The notes under the pieces were generated by a model. It was not told where the DNA came from, made no database searches, and was given only the letters and a program-made list of their open reading frames with translations. The position numbers and the translations under genes were made by a program. 64,000 bases of DNA, from positions 1,116,001-1,180,000 of the forward strand of contig BQFW01000013.1 in assembly GCA_020891255.1 (NCBI GenBank), read 5' to 3'. Source of the DNA: Entomortierella parvispora E1425 (Eukaryota > Fungi > Mortierellomycota). Positions 35,156-47,905 of this stretch are shown in pieces (the first letter of the stretch is position 1; each line of letters opens with the position of its first letter).

Positions 35156-36346
35156 GAAGGATGCAGCTTCTTTTTGGTTTGTTAAGTATGGTGAGTGCTG
35201 TATTTGTTGGGTTGAGCTTTGCTGAAAAGAAAGAAAGAAAGGAAAGAAGCGTGTAACCAGCTATATTTGTGCTCGGGCTGTCCTCGGAAGGGACAAGAAT
35301 GGGACGTTGCAATGTACTAAGCCGGCGATCATCTGCAGTTGGGAGTCGGGCCTACTCTTGAGCCAGAGGATTCATTGGCACCAGCAAAGGAGGGGACACA
35401 AACAAGGGGGTGTCCGCACTGCTCATTGACGAGCCTTTGGAGTATCCGAGATTTCTCGTGTGCTACGGCGATAGCCCAAATTGGGTGTCTGCGCAGAGAT
35501 CAGGGGCAGACGTTCTTCCGTGCTTTCCATTAACGCCCGAAGTCTAGTCGGCTTTGAGTTTTTGGACCAACTTCGAGTCCTGGTCGTTTTTTTTTCTCGT
35601 GTGAGATCCAATGCTGATCAAGCATGTTCAAAGCAGTTCATGAGGTTCGCGTCCTTTATTCTTTTTTGGATACAGTAATAGTTTGCCCAGTTTTTCTGCG
35701 ACGGGAAGAGCCACTTCCACCGATCGAGTTAACATGCCTTTCAAACTTCGAGGCTTGGTCGTGGACACCTTGATTGAGTAGGGGTTTATGCTTTTGTAGC
35801 ATTATTGGCGTAGATAGCAAAGGGATTTGGAAACCGATGCTTGTCGCGTTACTCAGAAGCGGCTTCCTAGGATTCAAAAACTCGTTCATGGTTCTAATGC
35901 TTATTCGACAACAATTTCACTGTAGAAATGGCGACTGCTCGGTGGTAGTCAACTCGACAATTGATTGTCTTCTATTCGCCTTCATTGTCTTTCGATTACA
36001 AATCTAAGTCAAGGGAAGAGTACTGAGTTCAGTCCTTGTCATATGTCGATAAGCAGATTGGACAAAGGTTCACGCTGTTGACGTTGCCAGCGATGAAGCC
36101 CTCTCCCGAACACAATCATAACAGTATGTAGTTGGTGGCGCATCACGTGGACCATTCTGAACTCTGAAATGAACGCACATCACCGAGCCGAAAACTCTAA
36201 TTGGGCCGTTGTTGCGTCCTCATCTTTTCGGCCGCTCTTTTTCTGTTTGTCTCTCTCCACTCTTTGTCTTCCGCCGTCTCTTTCCCCCAACCCTCTACAT
36301 CTCATATCCCCACACGACCCCTCTTCGGCCCAGTTACCCTTTAGCC

Positions 36347-38013
36347 ATGACGGCCACCACCATCTCGCAGAACCAGAACGCCTTCAAATACTGGCAAGTA
36401 TCTACATGACGATTCGTCTTGACCCTGTTTATTGATATCCGCATGTACCCCGCGCAATACAGGGGCGAGACAAGGGCTTGCGATCCATCACTGACCATGG
36501 CCCATGCTTTGTCGTCTATCCCTCCCTTCTTTTGTCTTAATGCTGTACAGGGGCCCCATTGCCTACACTCGCCTTATCCTTTACATCAGTAAGTTCTCAT
36601 ACTGGACCAGGCGGGGTTTCGGCATTCTTTTTTATTTGAGTTACTGGCTGGAGTGGTAGTGAACCGATCATCTTGTTCTTCCCAGCCCCTTTTTCTAATT
36701 CACGTTGACATTGGTGCTGCAAACAATAATAGCTGCATACATCCTCAAATCAACAGTTCGCCATGTTTTTGGCAGAACCCCCAAGGGTGTGAGTCTCCTC
36801 GAGGGATACACCGTGATGGTCCTCCGGATGATGATGAGTCTCCGTGTCCTGAACGTTGCCCAATCCCGACGAATGATGAACTTCTCCAACGCCATTGTAC
36901 ACCTGAGGACCGGCACTTTCAAGCAGTCGTCCAGAGATCAATGGGCCACCAAGGTCAAGGGTCAGGGCTGGGAAGGATTCTGGATTCCCTTCAAGGATCA
37001 ACTGAACAAGGAGCAGCTCAAGAAGGACTTGGTCAAGAAGCACACGATCGCTGATATCGGTGCCGGATGCGACATTGTCATGTTTGCAATTCATGGTATT
37101 TTTTTTTTGTGTTTCTTGGCTTTTTTTACACTTTAATGTGATTTTTTTTTCGCTTTGGTCTGGTTTGTTCTCAGGTTCCAACTAATTTTTGACTTTTTGT
37201 TTGGCGCTTTAGGTGGTGGCATGGTGTTGGGAGATGCCCTCATGTTCTTGGCCAACTACCGTTCTTGGATGAAGGGTATGCAAAAGAACCACAATCTCAA
37301 GATTGGTATCCTTTCGGTCGAGTACAGTAAGTTTTTTGTAATGTAGCAGTCGAAAATATTTCTTCAAAGCAGGAGAACTGATCCTCTTTTATGATTGTTC
37401 GGTAGGCCTTTCGCCCGAAGTCATGTATCCTGGAGCATTGAACGAGTGTGTTGCCGCATACAGACACTTGATCGAGCATCAAGGAGTAGACCCCCGCCGT
37501 GTTGTGATGTGCGGTGATTCCGCAGGAGGAAACCTTTGCTTGACTACAGCCCTGAAGATTCGTGACGAGTACAGCCACTTGGGCATGCCTGCTGGTCAGG
37601 TCCTCTTCTCGCCCTGGGTGATGTGCCCCAAGCCCCTGAAGGACTCGCCTGACGACTATATCACCAACTTGGGTGGTCGAACCTTTATGGAGGCATACAC
37701 CCATAACCTGGCGAAGATCCAGACTTCGCCCTACGCAGCACCGATCCGAGCCTCCTCCCTTACTGGAATGCCAAAGATGTTGGTCTTTGCCGGAGGTGTA
37801 GAAAGCTTGAGACCTTCGATCGAAAGCTTTGTGGTCAAGGCGCAGAACGAGGATGTGGATGTGCAATTGGTCGTCAAGGAAGGCAGGGCCCACGACTATG
37901 CCTTGATCGAGGAGATCTCGGGTCCCAAGGTTATTCGTGAGGCTGAGGAGAAGATCGGACACTTTGTGGCCAAGATCCGCGATGTCTACATTGGCCTTGC
38001 CCCCACTGTGTAA
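36347..38013 (+). CDS. Alpha/beta hydrolase (HSL/GDXG family esterase), multi-exon
   Basis: IHG-GGMVLG oxyanion motif across an intron, CGDSAGGNL nucleophile elbow, LFSPWV and His in RAHDY. Confidence 0.88.
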
Positions 38014-41000
38014 TACACACGAGGCGATCGTAATTGATAGCATCCCCTTAAACGAAGGAGAGAGGAAGAAAATAAAAGATACCATGCAGCAAGAAGCTGT
38101 GCACAGACACCGCATTCTATTGATCTTGTCACATCTGTTTCCATTTCAATTCGTCTTTTACATTTGTCCTTCATTCCATTTCTACACAATTTACATGAGC
38201 ATTCCCAGTTGTGATTTGTGTTTCTTCAACATCCTCAACGAGAAAACGGAGGACGCACGAAAAGCTTCCCCCTCACAAAAGTATCGATTGATGGACGGGA
38301 CGTGACAGAAACTTGTTGTTTCGTGACCGCCTGGCTCCAAACCCTCGACGCGGCTTTCTGCATTTGCGTCAATTGGCTCTGGTAGGAGACCTTCATCCCT
38401 TTATCGCACAGCGTGTAACCCCGATTTCCAAGACTACTGGCCCTCGTTTGAATGGCATCTTCACCATGTCCGCTGTTACGAGTTTCGCTCACGTTTGACT
38501 CTGTTCGTCTCGAAAAGATACTGGAGAATCGAAGACATCCTGACAATTGGCATCTACGCTTATAGGGTTTGGTGGCCTTGTTTCCTTGAGGTTTTGTAAA
38601 AGAGAACCCTCAATTGCTCGAGGTTGAGGTGCGTGGATCTAACAAGTTAAACACGATAAAGTTCAAACTGATGTTCATCGCCACTGTTAAACCATGTGCA
38701 CATCTCTCGAACCTCCAGCTCATTTCGCAGGGGCTAGAGATCGGGTTGCAACATGCAGTTCTGACCATGTCCTCGTGTCTGACAAAGTCGAGCCTGCTAC
38801 GCTGCCACATTCGCCCTAACAAACCTTCTGAATATTGCCCCAATTCTCGTCTTGCCGTATGTTTCTAAGATCCGCGTCGCTCGCGCATCACTTCTTCAAT
38901 GCCCTGAGCATTGCCTTGTCTTACGATTAACTGAGGCGACATCCACACTTTTTTTTTTTTTTTTCTTTTTTTTCAAAATGTGCTCTCGAGACTGGCTTGT
39001 TCATTTGAGAAGCAGGGATGTGAAAGGCGCTGTGGGGTGTATACCGCTGCTGGAGGGTAGCCAGGTAAAGTATAAGGTAAGCGGGGTGTAATGGCCTGCC
39101 GCCTGCTCGTTGGCGCACCCTGCACAACATTGCCTTTCCATTATGGAATGCAAGTTGACTGAGAACATGCCTTTACATAGAGTTGGAACAAATTTGGCAA
39201 CGGCATATAAACAGTGACCGGAAAGAGTAAAGAGGGATATGACAGAGGAAGAAGAGATTCTTCAACAGGCACGACCATTCGCAATGCTGGTCAATGTTCC
39301 GAGGATTAACCTCTTTACGATCTTGCCGGCAGCTTGAAAGACACAGGGAGATTCAGTATTGATCAACTGCCGATGCACTTACATGTCCTTCATACTCTCT
39401 GAACAAACGGATAAAGAAGAATCGACGTAGATATTCAGATGGAAGGTGAATCGTAGCGCCCTGAGTCCGTAATAGTTAGCGATGTGGACCATAGCCTCGA
39501 TAGTGGTGACAAGAATGCGTTACAGCCAGAATAAGGTTGCGATTTGGGCTAGGGTCAAGATCGATCGCATCGCGTCTGGTTACGCCAGGGATACACTGTT
39601 TCGTTAGCTCTACCCGCTGAAGCGATCGAAGGAGGTTCATATCTGTAGGGGAAGGACTGTTCACGGCCTCTATGGACTCGATCCTTAGGGTCCATTTAAA
39701 CTGAGCTGAAGTCGAGACGTTTCAAGGCGGGAATTGCAGCGTGAAGAAGACCCAACGCGAAAGACCCGTCGACGTCTGCTAAAGATCTAGCCACAATTGA
39801 TGAGGTGCTGCTCCCCCTTGTGAATACCCGTCCAGCAGGCACCCCGCCTAATAAAATCAACCAAGAAAAGGGCAGTCTTTCGATCAGACCCGAGTTGAAC
39901 ACAGACGATCTTCCTTCAATCGTGCGGCCAAAGGGGAAAACTAAATGTCTCTTCTCCCGCTTTGTCATGCAAGGTGAAATCCGGGGATCTGTTCGAACTT
40001 TGTCTTTATTCGTCTCAAAGACTCTTTTTTCCAACATTTTTCAGTCGCCGCACGAATTTGTATGTAAACATGGTTATGGTTCCTTAGTTCATCAACTCAA
40101 TCCCTTGCAGGATCATTGCAGAATAGAATCCTATTGACTCTTGAAGCGCAGCGATAATGCAAACCTGCAACCTGCCCATAAAAGTCATATCCGTAAATTG
40201 AATAGAGTCCAGCTTTAAACATGGATCAACTAAGCAAATATATAGCAAGAGACTCAACTACATCCTCAGTCAATCCTATCGCAGAGGAGAAGAGTTCTTC
40301 ATCCAAGGACAGGAGAGCAATCGACCCATGTCATACCATGATCCAATCGTTCTCGAAAACAAAAAAGTGCAGGTTGGCGCGAGATCGATCTGTGGGGGAA
40401 AGAGTTCGTTTCCTCTTGTGCAACCAAAGAGAAAAAAGACAAAAGCAATGCACCGCGCCCTCAAACACACTGATATCAATCTTTCCGAGAGGAGGGTTTG
40501 TCTTTCCTCCCCCACAGAAAATCTTGCTGGAAAGTATTCTTGAATGTAGACTCAAACAACGCCATGGCTGCAGCGAAACACAAGGTCAAAGACAGGGTAC
40601 GAGCTGAGAGCACACCCTGCTTTTTTTCCTTCTCTTTATCGATTTCATTCGAACCAACTGTTTCCTTTACGCCAACCAGTGCTATCAGAAAGATCTGTCC
40701 CTCAGCTTGCTCTTGTTTATTCCACAGTTCTCTCTCGCGCATCACAGAAAGAAATAGATCACCATCATGTCGGGATGACAGGCTACGCGACCACCTTATT
40801 TCTTGAGGCGGATCTTTTTTTTTTTGTGGCTGGACATGGTATTGGACAATGACGCGTCTCTGGAAAACAAATCTGCAGCAGTGCCACACCTTGCACGACG
40901 GCCAAGCAGGAGTGGAAATTCTATCCTCCGCACCATCAATGACACCCCCTTCACTGCAGGTGCTGAATCAGGAACAACAAGCGTTGTGTCATCCAGAGTC

Positions 41001-44000
41001 TTGCGCCGCAGAGACCTTGATCCAAAGTCGGATCGGATCCCGACGAGTCCCCACGGTAGGAGCGAGTAGAATGTAGTAAAGTAACCCGAGCAAGGGGCAA
41101 CACTAAGGTTTCCATGCTTTCGGAAGGCTGAATGAAGGTTTCATCGATTCTCTGTCTGAAAAAACGAGTCGGCAGCAAACAGTCAGCAGTAAGCAGAGTG
41201 AAAAAAAAGTGGGGAGGAAACGAGGCTCTCTCGAAATCTAGCCCTTTCACCTTTGTTGTCATCTGTCGCCAGATGATCGATTCCGACGCAGTAGTGGTGC
41301 AGGTTGTCCGATTACTGCAGTAGCAATTGTCTTCTAGGCAAGGGAGGTCCAGTGTGTTTGTCTGTCTGTGTGTGTGGGTGAGGGGGAGAGCCTGGCAATT
41401 AATCAATGCGACCCCATCGTGAGACGTGACGGATGAAACCCAGAGCCTCCAAATTGAGAAGTCTGTTTGTGTCTATTAAGGCCAGGGACTGCCAGTGCGC
41501 CGCAATTGCGAAGAGCGCCTCCAATTTCTCGCCCTGCAAATGGGATGCACGATGCGCGATGTGCCGATGAGGAAGTATGAGACAGAGACAAAGGTGAAAA
41601 GAGGACCTTGAACCCCATCCGGTAAGAAAAAAAGTATCAATCGGTCAGTCGAGAGAACGATTTGCTCTTCTTTGGCAAGTCCATGGAAAGCCCTAAATTT
41701 TCCGGGAGTTGTTCGCGGCGGGTGCACGATCTTGTTATCGTAACAATCCCTGCATGCACCACATGAGCATTTTTTTATTTTTTTTATTTTTTTGGTACGT
41801 CTGCTGTGGTATGTTTCTTTCTCTGCTCTCTGCCATGGTTTCTCTCAAGGTGGGAAACATGTTACCGAATGACCGCGTCCTCTTCGGAGCAGCGTCTTGG
41901 CAGTCCGTGTGCTAGGTTGTTTGTTAGTCTGGTTCTCTTTCCATTCATGTTTATTCTTGGTGTCGGTGAAGAGTTGTTTTGTTTGGCAAAAGCGCTAGAA
42001 GACACTGCGCACAAGGATTAAAAGTGTGGGGACGGATGAACTGCTGCTGATAAGATCAAAAAGTGAAGTACAAATGTTTACGAGATCACAAGAAAAAAAA
42101 TCGACTGATCCCAACTGCTGAACGGCGCGTTTTTTAGAAAGCATCCCGCATTGAAAAGGAAAAAAGGAACAAACGAGGGCGGCTATTCTTGGAGACGAAC
42201 GACCGGTGCACGCGCTTGACATGGTTAGTTCCAGCAATTGTGTCCACAGTGCGCGGCGGCATTGACCTCCTGCCCTGTTTTCATTCCGTGCATGGAGAGT
42301 CATGTTTTTAATGTTTTCTAACCCCAAGGTCAAATCCAATGTTGAGCGTAAAGAGCTTGGTTCTCTTTATCGGAAGAAGATCTTTCGCAATATATGGCAG
42401 TGCACACAGTATATGGATCGGCGTCTGGCCACCAAGAGTTGGGTGGCAGTGGAAAGAAATGAGGGCCAATTGAGAGTTAACCCAACAAGGGAGATACTGA
42501 AGAAGGAAAAAGAAAGGTCTAGAAGACAAAGAGTCTTCTGTGAGAAGCAAAGGAAAGAGGGTCAACCGAACCAAAGTTCCAAACAAACAGCAACAGAGGT
42601 CGGAAGGAGCCATCTCGACCTGTTTTTTTTTCTGTGGGAGAAAGACAGACGGGAGGACAGAAAGTGAGCGTTTGTCGTGTTGACTCTGTCCCTGAATGAA
42701 CAGAGTGTGTGTGAACAACAACGGCAACAACAACATGACCAGCTGCCCTTCCCTGCCTTGCCCCAGTGCTCTTGCATAAAACTCGCCAAAAGACGAACCA
42801 ATCCTGTCTGCACCACTTTAGGTTTGGTCACAATCAGGCGCAGGAGCACTTTGATCACAGCGCCATCCTCCGTGGTCGAAGATGGACAACGCAGTCAACA
42901 CGCACTTTATCAGCAATTGCTCTCGCAACTCAATCGAGTATTCAGTCTGGCATGCGCCACCTGATTCTGCCAAACGTGCCCGGTCTGGCGAGCAATCGGG
43001 GTTCCTTCTGGCCAGCTTCTTGTGGCACCAGGGGTCCAATCCAGGTGCTGTCCCCATTCAAATCGATACTTGAGGGTGGATGGAAGGACCCTTCCTGATG
43101 TTCGGTAGCTCATGCAGAATAAAGAACCGGCGGTTGGTATCGAGCCAAGCATGGCTGATTCGATGGCAAGACAAGGTTCTTGTACGACCACGACTCTCCC
43201 AATCAGATTGCAATCATTCATCTAATCTCGAGTGCCACGGACAAAGTGAACTGAAAAAATTACCCCCCATCCTTGTCCTCAAATGCTCTCACGACCTCTC
43301 CCTGTCTCTTCTCATTTCTCTGGCCAGCCTAGTCCCTTGTTTACTTACGCTTTTGTTCACTCTGTCAACAAAATAAGTTCTTGCCCAGTCTAGCACGAAC
43401 TTCGACTCCTTTTTTTTTTTTTTTTGTGCTTTTGTTGACATGTCGAAAACATCATCAAAACGCAGGGCATCTTCCCTCTCTTTCTTTTTGCATCTTTGAG
43501 ATTTTTGTGCGATGGAAATCGATGTTGATCGAATAAACGTACAGTTGAGCTCGACAGTCGGCGTAATAGGTGTTTTTTCTCCTTCATGCCGTGAATTTCT
43601 TCTTGGAAGGAATGTGGAGCAAATGAGGGTCGCTACCCGTAAATCGAAATCGGGCTTTTGATGAGTAAGATTCATGCTCAGGCGAGCGAAATGAAGAGGG
43701 AAAGAGACAGGGTTGGCCCGCTGGGGTTGAATAAGTCAAAATCCCATGCACCTAAGAAAACGCGACTCGGAGTTGTCAGCATTACTGTTTTCTATGTACC
43801 TCGTGGTAAAACAAAGTGCACTCAATTGAATGGAGCGAGAAGACTGTGGCGAGCGAACGACAGTAGAGGGCTGAGAGCACCGCTGATAGAGAATCGACAA
43901 GCGTTGAGAGTGAGAGCCTCTGTCTTGGACAGACAAAAGCAGCCGACAGGGCAACAAGGTTGTCCATTCTTGTCGCCCGCCAGCAGACAGCCGGATGTTG

Positions 44001-44378
44001 ACACCGTTTTCATTCATTCCCTGCAACGGTTAGGACAGAGCACCCTCGGCCCTTCCCTTATTCAATCCTCTTTCAATCGCGCTCGGTTGCGGCCACTTTC
44101 CCCAAGAAAGGAAGCCATCCGACCTCACGCTGCAGCTCCATCCTTCCGTGGCACTTTGCATTGAGCGCGGTCCTTCTTTTGTTCACACACACCTTCCTCG
44201 ACTATAAAAGAATCCCTTCCTTCGACCCCACATCCTCTTTTTTTTTTCTTCTTTTCTCCCTTGTCTCTCAACCAACCTTCTTCCTCACCCCCACACTTTA
44301 CTTTCTCTCTCTCGCCCTTTCCTTCCTTGACCTATACCTCCCTCCCTTTCTCTCCTAATCCTAATATCCTTCGCAACC

Positions 44379-46229
44379 ATGAAGATCTCCATTGCCGCCG
44401 CTATCGGTCTTGTGGCCCTCACCATGACCGAGGCCGTCAAGGTTAACCCCTTGCCAGCCCCCGTTACTATCAAGTGGGCTTCTTCTGGCCCCGTCAAGGT
44501 CGACAACAACTTCCGCATTGTTGGACCTAAGAACGACATTCTTTCCAAGGCCTATGCCCGCACTGCTTCCCTCATCAAGAGCGAGAGGTGGACTCCCCAG
44601 ACCTGGGAACAACCCATCGGTACCTTTCCCCCATACCCCATCCTTAGCAAGAAATCCGATGTCGAGGACAGCAGCAACCATCACGGAAAGGCCACCCTCA
44701 AGACCATCAACGTCGTTGTCTCTGACTTGAAGGCTGATCTCCAGCTCGGAGTTGACGAGTCCTACACCCTTGACATTACCGCTGCTGGCCAGGGTACCAT
44801 CAAGTCCAAGACCGTCTGGGGTGCCCTCAACGCTTTCCAGACCCTCAACCAGATCATCATCAACGATGGTCACAACGGTCTCCATATTGAGCAGCCTGTC
44901 CACATTGAGGATGCCCCCAAGTACTCTCACCGTGGTGTCCTGTACGATACTGGCCGTAACTTTTACAACTTGAAGTCCCTCTACAGACAGATTGATGCTC
45001 TTTCCTACGCCAAGATGAACGTCTTCCACTGGCACATCACCGACTCCCAGTCATGGCCCGTTGAGATCAAGAAGCACCCCCAGATGACCAAGGATGCTTA
45101 CTCTTCCCGCGAGGTCTACTCCCAGAAGGATATTGCCGCCTTGATCAAGTACGGTCGTGAGCGCGGAGTCCGTATCATCCCTGAGGTTGACATGCCCGGC
45201 CACTCTTCCTCTGGATGGAAGCAGGTCGACCCCAAGGCCGTCACCTGCGCTGACTCCTGGTGGGATAACGATGGCTGGACCTACCACTCTGCCGTCGAGC
45301 CCAACCCCGGTCAGCTCGATATCTCGTACGATGGTACCTACAAGTTGATCAAGGATGTCTATAGTGAGTTGTCCAAGGTCTTCACCGACAACGTCTTCCA
45401 CGTCGGTTTCGATGAGCTCCAGACCTACTGCTTCAACTACTCGACCTCGGCCATGGATTGGTTCAAGTCGCGCCCCGGCTCGACCTACCCCGACTTTGCT
45501 CAATACTACATTGACCACGCACTTCCCATATTCCAGGACAAGCCCAGCCGTCGCCTGATGATGTGGGAGGATGTTATCCTCTCTCCCGATATTCCGGCCA
45601 AGAAGGTCCCCACCAGCGTCATCATGCAGTCCTGGAACAACGGTGTTGAAAACATCCAGAAGCTCGCCGCAGCCGGTTACGATATTGTTGTCTCCTCCTC
45701 CGACTTTGTCTACCTCGACTGCGGTTATGGTGGATGGGTTACCAACGATCCCCGTTACAACGTTAACGCGCCCCCTCCATTGCCCCAGGCCATTCAGGAT
45801 GCCTTCAACGACAACCCTTCGGCTTACACTCCCGTCACCACCAACTACCAGGGATTCGGTGCCTCCTGGTGCGCCCCTTACAAGACCTGGCAGCGTATGT
45901 ACGACTACGATTTCACCGCTGGCTTGACCGCCGCTGAGGCCAAGCACATTCTTGGAGGTGAGGCTGCCATCTGGTCCGAGCAGTCCGACTCAGCTGTCAT
46001 TGACAACAAGGTCTGGCCCCGTACCGCTGCCTGGGCCGAATCTCTCTGGTCCGGCAACCGCAACGCTCAGGGCTACAAGCGTACCACTGAGCTCTCTGCC
46101 CGTATCTTTGAGTTCCGTGAGCGTCTCCTCGAGCGTGGCATCAACGCCGCTCCCTTGGTTCCCAAGTACTGCCTCCAGCACCCTCACCACTGCGATCTCT
46201 ACCTCAACCAGACCGCCTTGGGCATGTAA
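44379..46229 (+). CDS. Secreted beta-N-acetylhexosaminidase (GH20), single exon, 616 aa
   Basis: Signal peptide; HRGVLYDTGRNF, MNVFHWHITDSQSWP, IIPEVDMPGH, catalytic FHVGFDE, GGEAAIWSEQ and VWPR. Strong C-ending codon bias. Confidence 0.96.
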   Translation: MKISIAAAIGLVALTMTEAVKVNPLPAPVTIKWASSGPVKVDNNFRIVGPKNDILSKAYARTASLIKSERWTPQTWEQPIGTFPPYPILSKKSDVEDSSNHHGKATLKTINVVVSDLKADLQLGVDESYTLDITAAGQGTIKSKTVWGALNAFQTLNQIIINDGHNGLHIEQPVHIEDAPKYSHRGVLYDTGRNFYNLKSLYRQIDALSYAKMNVFHWHITDSQSWPVEIKKHPQMTKDAYSSREVYSQKDIAALIKYGRERGVRIIPEVDMPGHSSSGWKQVDPKAVTCADSWWDNDGWTYHSAVEPNPGQLDISYDGTYKLIKDVYSELSKVFTDNVFHVGFDELQTYCFNYSTSAMDWFKSRPGSTYPDFAQYYIDHALPIFQDKPSRRLMMWEDVILSPDIPAKKVPTSVIMQSWNNGVENIQKLAAAGYDIVVSSSDFVYLDCGYGGWVTNDPRYNVNAPPPLPQAIQDAFNDNPSAYTPVTTNYQGFGASWCAPYKTWQRMYDYDFTAGLTAAEAKHILGGEAAIWSEQSDSAVIDNKVWPRTAAWAESLWSGNRNAQGYKRTTELSARIFEFRERLLERGINAAPLVPKYCLQHPHHCDLYLNQTALGM

Positions 46230-47082
46230 AGGATTGATCCTCTCCGCAATTCGATCTCTAGCCTCTCCCTCTTTTATCCAGGCTTTTTTGATTGTTTAGA
46301 ACTTAGAGAACCAAAAAAAAAAGAGCACCAAAAAGCAGGATAGCTTTTCATCCTTCTTTCTGACAGTCTGGTTACCATTAGAAGGAAGATGAAAAAAAAG
46401 AGAGGGCTAAACATCATGATACCACTTACATTGCAAAACACCATCCATCCTCTCAAAAATGAAAAATAATAAAAACCCACGTTATGCATAATATTCACAC
46501 GACGCATTGGGCTAAAGAAGTGGTGGGGATGAGCCGAGTTGGCCTTGATAGAGCGACAGTCAAATATCGAGCTCTTTCATAGCATCCTGAGCACCCCAAC
46601 AAAGGTTAATGGCGGTTGTAGTCAGCCTGTTCAAGACTCCCTGTTTCCTTCCGATCCCATATGTCGAGACCTAATTTGCCGTGTTGTTGTTTGAGAGAAA
46701 GAAAACAAGTACTATTTATTACAGTGGGTTGGGCCAAAGAAAAGATCCAAGTTGCTGCTGACTGAGTGCGTCCTGGTGTTTCTGGCCCGTTGGTTGAAGT
46801 GTGAAAGAGCGAAAAAAAGAAAAGAAAAGGGCGAATATAAAGAAATGATGATGCAAGTATGAACTTTTTCGTAGGATTTCCTCCTTGGAGTCGATCCTTT
46901 GATGTTGGCTTCTATTGTTGATGTCCTCTCCAAAAGTCCTTTTGAATAAAACCAAAAAACTCTCCACAACAGTCCTCAAAGGGTGATAATGATGGAGCTG
47001 CTGAGGTTTGTTTTCTGCTCCTCTGGTATGATCCGATTTGTCCATGACCGCAAGGTCACAATTTGTGTCCTGATCCATGCTT

Positions 47083-47516
47083 TTACTTCTTCTTTCCAAG
47101 AGTCGAACGACGGCCCTGACCTATATTCCGTGATAGCAAAAAGACAAAAACAAGTATGAGTTGACTGATTTTCAACAATGGTTCTCCGAGACTCTCACAA
47201 AATCAAATCCGAATATATATATTTTACCCTTCTTTGGTGGTCCCTTTCCACGCTTCTTGCGCTCTGAAAGATCCTCGAGGCGGGTCTTCTCGAGCTGGTC
47301 GACGAGATTCAACTCGGGAGCCATCCTTGTGATCTCTCTGAGCGTGATTCGCTTGACATTAGGGTAGTAGGCGTTTACTGTGGGTCCGACGAGGCGTTGA
47401 CGAAGGATCTTGTTGCCGGTGCGGATGTTCTGGGGGTTGTAAACGTTTCCAAAGATGGCACAAGACAACTTTGAGAGAAAAGTCATCTTGCCGGCGGCGG
47501 GAATGGCCAAGGACAT
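47083..47516 (-). CDS. RSM27: Mitochondrial small-subunit ribosomal protein mS33 (Rsm27), 2 exons
   Basis: IFGNVYNPQNIRTGNKILRQRLVGPTVNAYYP...RGKGPPKK-GQGRR. Confidence 0.92.
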
Positions 47517-47905
47517 TGTGTTGATGGAGGGTAGGGGTGAGGCGAATAAATGAATGTCGATGGATGCAAGGTGATCTGATCAAAAGGTACAAGAGCGACG
47601 GAATCGCCGTGTGTTCCTGCGCCACATTTCTTTGCTAATTGCAAAGAATCGGCTATTTGTATTTGCGAAGGGTCACTCCTCCACACGTGACTAAAATTCT
47701 CCTCACTCACTTTGCCTCCACGGCTGGGCTGACGGCTCCACCGACAGTGACAGTGTGACACACAGGAAAGAGCTGCATCATCTCCATTCTTCCTCCTTCC
47801 CTTCCGTCTGCTTCCCTTCCTTTTTCCTCTCTTTTGGTCATCTTCTCTGTCTCCCAAACACACCACAGCTGATTCTCTTCCCATCGGCACACCTCTATCT
47901 TCGCC

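Noticed and set aside
40819-43510. CACAAAA (Ndt80-like) sites upstream of the hexosaminidase
   Set aside because: They overlap poly(T) runs that are abundant throughout the window; not distinguishable from background.
44361-46190. Long antisense ORFs over the GH20 gene, and similar ones over the ZIP, NASP and GNAT genes
   Set aside because: These are shadows of biased codon usage on the coding strand.
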